NCBI RefSeq assembly: GCF_000582535.1
Contig: NZ_CP006932.1
Coordinates: 120,001 to 152,000 of the forward strand
Direction: 5' to 3'
DNA: 32,000 nt
Source of the DNA: Candidatus Saccharimonadota bacterium
GTDB taxonomy: Bacteria > Bacillota_I > Bacilli_A > Mycoplasmatales > Hepatoplasmataceae
Shown: positions 11,528-22,417 of the stretch, piece by piece
Position numbering within the stretch: the first letter of the stretch is position 1
Layout: each line of letters begins with the position of its first letter
Notes under the pieces: model-generated
The model's input: the letters and a program-made list of their open reading frames with translations, nothing else
Databases searched by the model: none
Told to the model about the DNA's origin: nothing
Made by a program: the position numbers and the translations under genes

Positions 11528-12376
11528 ATGGCACAATTAAAGAAATTAAAAGAACAGCAAACTTCAATTAAATCAATTAATAAAATTACAAAAGCGATGA
11601 AACTTGTTTCAACTGCAAAAGCACAAAAAGCCCTTAAAAGATTAAAAGGTTATAAAAATTATTATTTACAAATTGGAAATGTTGTTGATGATATTGCAAA
11701 AGATGTTTTACAAAAAAAAACTTTTAAAGGAACAACTTTTATTTTTTTTACTTCTGATCTTGGCCTTGTTGGTGGATATAACTCAAATATTATTAAATTA
11801 GTAAAAAAGGAATTTAATCCAAAAACAGATAAATTAATTGTAATTGGTAAAAAAGGTAATTCTTTTATAAAAGAATTAATTGCTAAAAATTTTCCGAAAG
11901 AAAAAATTGTATCTATTCAATCTGTTGAATTTGTAGAAGCAAAAAATTTATCAAGTAATGTTAGATCCTTGTTAAGTGATTATTTAGAAAAAAATTTAAA
12001 AATTGTTTGTGTTTATACAAAATATATTTCACAAATTTCATTTGAACCTTCAATTAAAACTTTACTTCCAATTGAAATAAATAAAAATAATACAAATAAT
12101 AATAAAGATAAAATTTCTTCGGTTACCGAATATGAACCAGAAAAAGAAATTTTATTAAAAGAAATTTTATCAATTTATTTAGAATCATTACTTTTTGGTT
12201 ATTATCTTGAATCTATTACTTCTGAACATACATCAAGAAGAGTCGCAATGGAAAATGCAACAAAAAATGGTGATGATATGTTAAAAAAATTAAGTATTGC
12301 TTTCAATCGGGAACGACAAGCCAAAATTACACAAGAAATTTCTGAAGTAATAGGTGGAGCAGAAGCATTAAAATAA
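11528..12376 (+). CDS. atpG: F0F1 ATP synthase subunit gamma
   Basis: Intact 282-aa ORF. N-terminal IKSINKITKAMKLVSTAK and C-terminal AMENATKNGDDM...FNRERQAKITQEISEVIGGAEAL. Confidence 0.95.
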   Translation: MAQLKKLKEQQTSIKSINKITKAMKLVSTAKAQKALKRLKGYKNYYLQIGNVVDDIAKDVLQKKTFKGTTFIFFTSDLGLVGGYNSNIIKLVKKEFNPKTDKLIVIGKKGNSFIKELIAKNFPKEKIVSIQSVEFVEAKNLSSNVRSLLSDYLEKNLKIVCVYTKYISQISFEPSIKTLLPIEINKNNTNNNKDKISSVTEYEPEKEILLKEILSIYLESLLFGYYLESITSEHTSRRVAMENATKNGDDMLKKLSIAFNRERQAKITQEISEVIGGAEALK

Positions 12377-12393
12377 TAAAGGAGAATTATTAA

Positions 12394-13770
<1,377 letters not shown>

Positions 13771-13783
13771 TATATAAATTAAG

Positions 13784-14191
13784 ATGGCTAATACTTTCAA
13801 ATTATCAATTCTTACACCAAGAGAAACTTTTTTTATCGGAGAAGTTGAATTACTTGATATCGAAGTTTTTAATGGTTATATTGGAATTTTAAAAGATCAC
13901 ATTCCTTTTGTTTCTTCTATCAAAACTAATTATTTTTGAATTTTAGATCAAAAAGGACAAAAGAAAAAAGGCGTTATTTTGGATGGAATTTTAAATGTCT
14001 CCAAAAATGAAGTTATTGTTATTACTTCAAGAGTTAATTGATTAAAAGATAAAGAAACAAAAGTAATAAATGCAAAAATAAAAGAAAAAAAAGATCTTCT
14101 TAATAATAAAAAACTAACTGATTTTGAGAGAAAAGAACTTGAAAAAAAACTTCTCTTCTATCAAAAAAGATTAGATGGAAAAGAAGATTAA
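13784..14191 (+). CDS. atpC: F0F1 ATP synthase subunit epsilon
   Basis: ATG at 13784. MANTFKLSILTPRETFFIGEVELLDIEVFNGYIGILKDHIPFVSSIK..., with two TGA=Trp and TAA at 14189-14191. Last gene of the atp operon. Confidence 0.85.
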
Positions 14192-14208
14192 TTTACAATT
14201 ACGATATT

Positions 14209-14436
14209 ATGAAAAAAGATACTTGAATTTATTATATCTCGAAAACATTTTTATGAATTTCTTTATTATTGCTTTCAATAACTTTTTTTATATATTTTGA
14301 AGAACAAATAATATTATTAAAGATTGGATGAAAAAGTGCTGCACTTTCAACTTCCTCTGCTTTTATTATTTATTCTTTTATTAATTCTACTTATTATTTC
14401 ACTATGTTTATAAAAAAATGAATTTTAGAAAAATAA
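14209..14436 (+). CDS. Hypothetical small membrane protein (75 aa, visible only under code 4)
   Basis: ATG at 14209. MKKDTWIYYISKTFLWISLLLLSITFFIYFEEQIILLKIGWKSAALSTSSAFIIYSFINSTYYFTMFIKKWILEK*. Four TGA=Trp and two hydrophobic segments. No recognisable homology. Confidence 0.4.
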
Positions 14437-14509
14437 TTAAATAACCAATATTTCAATAAATAGTGATATAACCTTATTTTTCGTATAATAATTATGTTGG
14501 GAGAAAGAT

Positions 14510-15904
14510 ATGAATAAAGAACTAAAAATTAAATTAATTGATGAGAATAATCTAAACTTTTCATTAAAAGAAAAAGGAGAAATAGGAGATATTATTAATT
14601 TAAATTCATTAAATAATATTGATTTTTCTTCTTTGCAAAATAATATAAATCTTTTAAAAGATCAATTTATAAAAGATAAAATCACACAAGAATTAAATTA
14701 TGAGCGAAAAGAACTTAATTTAAAATATCAAAGCAAAATTTTAGATCTTGAAAAAGAAAAAGATCAAACGATTAATAATTTAGAAAAAGAAATAAATAAC
14801 TTACAATTCAATTTTAAAGCAGAAGTAAACAAAAAAGTTTGAGAGATTGAAGATGATCTAAAGAAAAAGAAAGATCAATTTGAAATCTTTGTTCGTGAAG
14901 AAACAAAAATAAAACAAGAAAAAGATTTCCAAAAATTACTTAATAAAGATCAAGAAATAAGTAAATTAAACTCAATTTTACAAAATTATCAAGAAAAAGA
15001 GCAATTTAGAATAGACCAAATAATTTTAGAAAAAGATCAAAAAATTTATGATTTAAAAAATACAAAAAACAAACTTATTGAAAATTTAAAAAATCAAAAT
15101 GAAGAATTATCAATTGAAATTGATAATTTAAAAAGGAATCGCTCACAAAACATTAAATTATTGGGAAGTGAACTAGAAGGTTGAATAGATCAAGAATTAC
15201 AAGAAAATTTTGCTTGAAATGAAAGAATAAATATTATAAAAGAACCAAAAGTAATTAATAAACAAAAAGCAGATTTTGTAATTGAAATTAAAAATGGTTT
15301 AAAAGTAACAAAAATTGTAATTGAAGCAAAAACAGAATTATTTACAGGAGATAATAAAAAAACTAATAAAAGTCATTTAGAAAAATTAGAAAATTATCGT
15401 AAAAGATCAGAAAGTGAATATGCAATTTTAGTTTCTGAACTTGAAAATGAAAAAGATTTTTTAGTATACAAAGATAGCAACTATAAACATATCTTTATTG
15501 TAAGACCAAAGGTTTTAATTTCACTTCTTCAATTTATGATTAATTTATTAATTGTAAATCAAAAAATATTAGATTTAAATGTTGAATTTAATGATAAACA
15601 AACTATTTTAAAAGAATGAGATTTATTTTTAAAAGATGTAGATAAAACATTTTCAACTTTAAAAACAAATCTTGAAATAATTTTAGATGAAAAAGATAAA
15701 TTAATTACAATTGCTAATAAAATTGGGGAGCGTGCTAATATTGTTTTAAATACACAAATTATTACTCTTGATAAAAAATTAAAAAAATTTAATATTGAAA
15801 AGAAAATTACAAATAAAATTAATAATTTAAATTTAATTGAGAATCTAAATAGTAATTTTAAAAATAACAAGGAAGAACAAGATAAAGAAATTGCAATTTT
15901 ATAA
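14510..15904 (+). CDS. DUF2130-like coiled-coil protein with a putative PD-(D/E)xK nuclease-type core
   Basis: 464-aa ORF after reading through four TGA codons. Long heptad-rich N-terminal region, then IKLLGSELEGWIDQEL...KADFVIEIKNGLKVTKIVIEAKTE...YAILVSELE. Family assignment is from memory of DUF2130 proteins. RBS GGGAGAAAG lies upstream. Confidence 0.6.
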
Positions 15905-15908
15905 TTAA

Positions 15909-16847
15909 TTAACTAATAGGATTAGCAACTAACAATTTGAAATTACCTTCCAAGGTAATTTCTTTTATTTCATCATAAGTAAGAATTAAAGTTTGATAAT
16001 GCTCTATTACAAAATCATTAATTTTTCCTTTTCCCTCGATTGCAGTTACAATCAAGAAATTTCTTTCATCTGCATTTAATCTAATTTTTGTATTTCCATA
16101 AATACTTCATTTTTGTAAATTAAAAATTTTATTATTGACAAGTTGTAAAATCTTAAGATTTAAAAAATTAATTTCACTTTTAAAACTAAGATTTTCTTTA
16201 AAATCATTATTAATTACTTTAATGCTTTTTTCAAGATCTAATTGTCTTTTCTTACCATTTTTTTCTAAACGATCAAAATCATAAATTCGATAAGTTATAT
16301 CAGAAGGTTGTTGAATTTCATAAACAAAAGTTCCTTTTCTAATTGCATGAACTGTTCCTGGTTTAATATCAAAAACACTTCCTACTTTTATTTTTTTAAT
16401 ATTTATTATTTTTTTCCAATTATCCTTATTTACTTTCTTTAATTCATTTAAATTTTCTGATTTTAAACCAATGATAATTTCATGATTTTTTTCTAATCCT
16501 AAAATATATCAAGCTTCGCTTTTTCCATAAGGATAATTTTCTAATTCTTGTGCTTGTTTATTATTTGGGTGAACTTGAATTGAAAGATCATCTTTTGCAT
16601 CTAAAAATTTAATTAAAAGAGGAAAATCTTCAGTTTTATAATTATTAAATAATTTTTTATTTTGTTTATAAAATAAATCAAGAGTCATTTCTTCTTTTTG
16701 ATTTATAATTTTTGCTTGATTATCTTTAATTCCTGATACAACCCAAGCTTCTCCTATTTTATCATTACTTTTAAAATTAAAAATCTTTGCAATCTTTTCG
16801 CCACCTCAGATTTTTTGGACATAATGTGGTCTTAATTTTAGAATCAT
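15909..16847 (-). CDS. manA: Mannose-6-phosphate isomerase, class I (Bacillus ManA type)
   Basis: 312-aa ORF with three TGA=Trp. MILKLRPHYVQKIWGGEKI...GEAWVVS...LLIKFLDAKDDLSIQVHPN...YGKSEAWYILG...GTVHAI..GTFVYEIQQPSDITYRIYDFDR. These are the cupin metal-binding motifs. Confidence 0.85.
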
Positions 16848-17000
16848 ATTCTTTATTTATAATATTCCCATTTCAATTTCTATAAATAAAATTATAATTT
16901 TTTTTAAATTATTTAAAAATAATTTATTATTTAATTTATAAGAATACTTCAAGAGGATACTGGGTGTTTCTTATAATAAGGGAGGGATTTTTGTATTTTT

Positions 17001-19640
17001 ATGTATGAAAATAATATTGCCCTTGAGCAATTAATTATTAATAAAGATTTTAGTTCGATAGAAGATGCTTTAAAAGAAATTGCAAATCTTTTAAAAACAA
17101 ACAATCTTATTAAAGATCAGAATAAAGCATTTCAAAATCTTTTAGCAAGAGAAAAGCAAATTTCAACTGGAGTTGGTGATGGTATTGCCATTCCTCATGC
17201 TGAAATAGAAGATCTTTTGGAACCTAAAATTGCTGTTATTAGAACAAAAAAAGGAATTGATTGAAAATCAATTGATGGTAAAAATGTTAATTTAATAATA
17301 GCTATTTTGGTTCCTGCTACAAATCGTGATAAGCATTTTGAAATACTTACAAAATTGTCAAGTTCACTTGTTGATCCAAAAAATATTGAAAAATTCAGAA
17401 AAGCTAATGCAAAAGAGCTTGTTAGTTATATTGAAAATAATATTTTAAAAGATCAAGTAGATGAAAATTCTGATGAAAAAAATAATAGTGTAGAAAAAAA
17501 AATAGATCGTAAAGAGGTTTTTATTGTTGGGATTACAACTTGTCCTACTGGGGTTGCTCATACTTTTATGGCAGCAAAAGCTTTAGAACAAGAAGCTCCT
17601 AATCATAATATTAGATTAAGAATTGAGAAACAAGGACAGATGACAAGAGATCAGCTGAAAGCAAGTGAAATTGCTGAAGCTGATTATGTTTTGCTTGCAA
17701 TTGGAAAAGGGATCGATGATCCAGAAAGATTCAATGGTAAAAAAATTTATCAAGTTCAGATTGCAAAAGCAATGGTTGAACCTGGTAAAGTATTAGAAGA
17801 TACAATTAAAAATGCCCGGATTAAAACACAATCGGGGGGGGGATCAGAAGCAACTGAAATAAAAGCTGTTGGTGAAAAGAAAAGTTTTAATGAAGGACCA
17901 ATCAGACATTTATTATCAGGAATTTCATATATGATTCCTTTTATTGCCTTTGCGGGAATTTTATTGGGATTAACAACAGCATTTGGATATGATATTGGAT
18001 TTACAAATGCAGATGGAATTATAGATCCAACAAATCCTTTAAATCAAACAACTGAATCATTTGCTCCTCAAGGTTATGCTGCTCTGGCAATTAGTAATCT
18101 TGCGGGAATGGGATTTACGTTATTCGTACCGATTCTTGGAGGATTTATTGGAGTTTCGATCGCAGGTCGAAAAGCACTAGCTCCTTCAATGATGCTTTCA
18201 CTTGTATTAAATGATGCTAGTGGAACTAGTGTATTTAATTATCAAGAAGGTAGATTTGGTGGGTTTGATCCAAATTCAAATCCGGTTGCTTTAGGATTTT
18301 TTGGAGCAATTGCTGCTGGATATCTTGTAGGTTATTTAATTTTATGATTTACAAAATATACAAATAAAGTTGAAAATCAAGCATTTCAAACAATTCTTCC
18401 ATTAATTATAATTCCATTACTATTTACATTTATTCCTTGAGTATTTTTTGCATTTATTGGATATTTACCACTTTATTGATTAGGTGTAGGATTAAATGAT
18501 CTTATTAATATCTTAATTGATGTCAATTTACTATGGATGGTCGGGGCAATTTTAGGAATGATGATTTGTTTCGATCTTGGGGGACCTGTTAATAAAATGG
18601 CAATGGTAATCGCTGCGTTATTTTTAGCTCCTGGAGCAAGTTATCTTCCACTTCTTAATGGAGTAGCTGCAGTTTGTGTTGCAATTCCTCCTATGATTTT
18701 AGTATGAGCAGCTTATGCTGGACCATTACTTGGATTTAGAATGGATGAAGATGACAAAGTTAATGCTACAAGTGCTGGAATAATGGGATTTTTTGGAGTA
18801 ACAGAGGGATCAATTCCTTTTGCTGCAAAAGATCCAAAAGTTTATATGCCTTCATTTATGATTGGAGGATTCTTTGCAGGAATGATTGCAATCTTTACTG
18901 GAGTAGGTAATTCTGTTGCTTTATTTGGTGGACCTATAATTTATCTTGCGGGAGGAATGGGACAATCTCCTGATCTTGGTGGACAAATAATGTCTACTGA
19001 TTATGCTTATGCTTTACTTTATTTCATTCCGCTTATAATCGGTTCATTTATTGGATTTTTAATGGTTAGTTTATTAAATAAGGTTTATAGTAACAAAAAT
19101 AATAAATTAAGTTACGAATTAAAAAAAGATTTAAAAAGTGATAAGAAAAAACAAACAAAAGGAATTAAAGTAGAATTAAAAGGATTTAAAAAAGATTTTA
19201 AAAAAGCAAAAATAGATCAAAAAGAATATCAGAAAAAAGAATTAGAATTGAATAATAAACTTTCTTTAATTGAGAAAAAATATCAAGAGAATTTTGATAA
19301 ATTAACACAATATGATGATGATTTTAAAAAATATGTTGCTGATAATATTTCAAATGCAAAAAAACAATTCTTAGATCAAAAGGAACAGTTCAAAAAAGAA
19401 ATTTTAGATTATAAAGCTAAAATTAAAGAACTTAAAAATCAAAAAAAAGCAATCAATAAAGAAGAAACAAAAGAATATCAAGATTTAAAAGATAAGATAA
19501 AAGATTACAAAAAATTAATAGAAGCAGATAAAAGTAAAATAAGCGATTTACATTTCAAATATTTGAATAAAGAATTTGCAAATACAAAAAAATTAGAGTA
19601 TCGAAAAAAATTAAGCAATTATCTTGTAATTAATGTATAA
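17001..19640 (+). CDS. fruA: PTS fructose-family enzyme IIABC component with a C-terminal Lys-rich coiled-coil extension
   Basis: Track ORFs 17001-17264, 17307-18347 and 18741-19640 share one frame and join through TGA=Trp, giving 879 aa. EIIA-2 motif GVGDGIAIPHA, EIIB motif GITTCPTGVAHTFMAA, then a multi-TM EIIC. RBS AAGGGAGGG lies upstream. Specificity (fructose versus mannose) cannot be decided from sequence. Confidence 0.9.
17834..17842 (+). repeat. G9 homopolymer inside the PTS EII gene (EIIB-EIIC linker, encodes SGGGS)
   Basis: Direct reading of atcGGGGGGGGGatc at 17834-17842. It stands out in a genome otherwise nearly devoid of G/C runs. Confidence 0.95.
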
Positions 19641-19663
19641 TAAGTTTGTAAAAGTAATTTAAA

Positions 19664-19689
19664 GCAATCACGAAAGTGATTGTTTTTTT
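19664..19689. terminator. Rho-independent terminator between the convergent PTS gene and the minus-strand operon
   Basis: Stem CAATCAC (19665-19671), loop GAAA, stem GTGATTG (19676-19682), then T7 (19683-19689). It lies 24 nt after the PTS stop and 17 nt before the stop of the 194-aa minus-strand gene. Confidence 0.75.
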
Positions 19690-19706
19690 ATTTAAAATAT
19701 ATTTTT

Positions 19707-20291
19707 TTATAAATCTTCTTTATCATAAATCAAAAATTCAATTGTTTTTAAAGTATCTATAGAAACTATTCTTTTATAATTTATATTTAATTCATCTCCT
19801 ACATTAGATATAAAATTAAAATCTTCGAATAAATTTAAAATTTCTAAATAAATTAAATTATTTGATTCTTTTTCTGATTCAAAATCTAAATCTAAATTAT
19901 TATTAATTTTAAAATAATCAATAATTTTCTTTAAATTTTTATAATAATAAGAATTATCTTTTATAATTGATTTTTTAGTTAAATTTAATAATATAAAAAT
20001 ATTTAAAAGAATTTCATTATTAATATTTTTATTTGTAATTAATTTTAATTTATTATTTTTATCTAAAATTGTTTTTAATTCTTTAATTTCTTTTTTAAAT
20101 TTTGATATTTCTTCATCTTTATCTTTTAATTCTTTTTTTAAATGTTTTACTAAGTCATCAGATGAAAAATAATTTTTTACATTTTTTTTTAATTTCCATA
20201 TTTTTTTATTATTTTCAGTATTTGCTTCAACACTGGAATTATTATCTGGTGAATTTTTAATTTTTTTTAAAAATTTAATTTTAAAAAACAT
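19707..20291 (-). CDS. Hypothetical protein (194 aa), third gene of the ATPase-peptidase operon
   Basis: Intact ORF. The ATG at 20291 is 2 nt after the peptidase stop (20296-20294). Central Lys/Glu-rich helix (KHLKKELKDKDEEISKFKKEIKELKTILDK). No recognisable domain. Contains an A9 tract (plus-strand T9 at 20182-20190). Confidence 0.6.
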   Translation of the reverse strand: MFFKIKFLKKIKNSPDNNSSVEANTENNKKIWKLKKNVKNYFSSDDLVKHLKKELKDKDEEISKFKKEIKELKTILDKNNKLKLITNKNINNEILLNIFILLNLTKKSIIKDNSYYYKNLKKIIDYFKINNNLDLDFESEKESNNLIYLEILNLFEDFNFISNVGDELNINYKRIVSIDTLKTIEFLIYDKEDL

Positions 20292-20293
20292 AA

Positions 20294-22417
20294 TTAATTA
20301 TCCAATTCTTGTTCTAAATTTAATTCTAGATTTTTTGTTTCGATTTCTAATTTTAATTCAAATTTGTTATTTATAAATTTATTATAATATTCTTTTGAAT
20401 TTAAATTTTCACTTAAATCTTCTACCGTTATATATGAATAAAATTCAATTTCTTTAGAATCATCAAAATGCTCTCTATAATTTCTAGTAAAATTTATTAT
20501 AAATTCAGAAATGTTATATCTAGTTTTTCTTAAATCTATAATAAATGAATTTATTCTTTGATATTTTCCAAAATCATTAACAAGATTTTTTTCGTATCTC
20601 ATAAATTCTCCATTTTTAATATCTATTTTACCTATTATTTCTTTTCCTGAAGATATACTTTGTAATTTTTCATTTGAGGAATTAAAATATTGAAAACTTC
20701 CAATAACATTACTTTCTACTTTTTCTAATCCTCTTTCAAAATTTAAAGATGAATTAGAAATAATTGTTATGTAAATTTTAAAATTATTTGAATTATTTGG
20801 TAAAGGTATTTTTTTAACTTTAAAATGTCTTGAATCTATTTTTTCAAAAAAATAAATACTAAAGTATTTATTATTATTATTAATATGATCAAAATTTGCT
20901 TTTGATCATATTCCGTTACCATATAATTCAAAATTTTTATTATTAAAATTATTATTAATCATTGAATTATTTATTATTAAAATTTCAGTTTTTTTTATTA
21001 ATTCTTTTTTATTTAGTGAATTTAAATTGTAAAAATTTGTTTTCCATATTTTTTTTAAAATATACTCAAAATTTCTAGCTAAATTAACAGCTGAAATTGA
21101 AGTACCACTTTTTTTAAAAAATTCTCCAGCAGAATATACAATTACTTTTTGATCTTCATAATCTCCTCCTCCAAAAAGTGATAAATCTGGTTTATATCCA
21201 AAAAGATTTTTTCAACCTTTTTTAGAATAATTTGTTTTTGTATTATCTAAATTTATTGAATTAACTGTTAAAGAAAAAAAAGAATCAGAAGGAGGTAATA
21301 AATAATTTTTATTTTGATTTACATATTCATCTGCATTTCCTGAGGAAATAATAATTTTTATATCGTATATAATTTGTAATTTATCTAAAAATTTAGCAAA
21401 TTCTGAAGTTAGACTTTCTTTAGGATTTATTTCTGTAATTTGATTTATTGATAAAATTCAAACTTTTATTTCATTGTGATATTTTTTAATTCCATATTCA
21501 ATTCTTTTTTTTATTTTTTCTAATGTTTCTTTGTTTTTTTCATCTCTACTTATTATCGGTATTAAAGTAACTTCAAAATTATTTTTAATTCCATCTATTG
21601 ATTTATCTGTTCATGAATTAACATTTAAGCCATTAATTAATAAAAAAGCCATCGATTCTCCATGAGAAATATTATTATAATCTCTATCTAATATTTTCAA
21701 ATTTTCTTCATATTCTTCATCTATTTTTAATCAATTTTTATATTTTTTAATTAATTCATTTTTATTTTTATAAGAAATTGTTGTATCAAATAATCCTATT
21801 TTTAAATCATTATTTTGAAATTTAGGTAAATTAATATCTTCTAATGACAGATCATTAATTTGTAATCCTTCTTCATCGGTTTGTCCTTTGAATTTATCTT
21901 TAAAATTATTATTATTAAATTCTTCTTTATCAAAATTTTCTACGGTTAAAGAAATATTTTTTAAATATAAAATAGAAATACTTTTTAATTCTCTTGAAAT
22001 TAATTTTATTTGATCAATTTTAGTTATAGGAAAAGAATGATTATAATTATCTATTCCTTCAATTATTTTTTTAACAAAAGAATTAAATTTATTTTTATTT
22101 TTTAAATTTATTTTATAACGTCTCCCAATTAGCATTTTTTCTAAATTAAAATTTTTTCTAAAATAAGCAAAACCGGGAAATTCTAAAAATTCTAAAAATA
22201 ATTTATCAAATGATAGAGATTTTGACGGGAATCTATTAAAATTTATATATAAATATTCATCATTTAATTTAATTTTTTCTAATAATGAAATTAAAATTTT
22301 TTTAATTTTTTTCAATTCTGATTCATTTAAATCTTCTGAACCTCCTTTACCAAAAATTTTTTCAATATTATCAATAGGTATTTTAATTTTATATATATTA
22401 CTCATAATTTTTTCCAT
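20294..22417 (-). CDS. S8 (subtilisin-like) serine peptidase, IetS-like. The frame is disrupted as sequenced (possible pseudogene, phase-variable gene or homopolymer sequencing error).
   Basis: Under code 4, track ORFs 21731-22417 and 20294-20602 share one frame.
- That frame has no TAA/TAG between them except TAA at 21310-21308.
- Subtilase motifs appear in the order D-H-N-S.
- Asp: KIGLFDTTIS, codon 21787-21785.
- His: NNISHGESMAF, codon 21664-21662.
- Asn: IIISSGNADEY, codon 21336-21334, found only in the +1 frame.
- Ser: KKSGTSISAVNLA, codon 21100-21098.
- Segment A (22417-21308, 369 aa) is an intact ORF.
- Segment B (21307-20294) has no ATG, TTG or GTG before 20962. Confidence 0.75.

Noticed and set aside
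16940-16990. Short inverted repeat ATAAGAA...TTCTTAT and a TATAAT hexamer (16972-16977) upstream of the PTS gene, as an operator and promoter
   Set aside because: These are plausible, but the 7-bp A/T-rich arms with a 23-bp spacer are expected by chance in this composition. I did not report them as features without TSS data.
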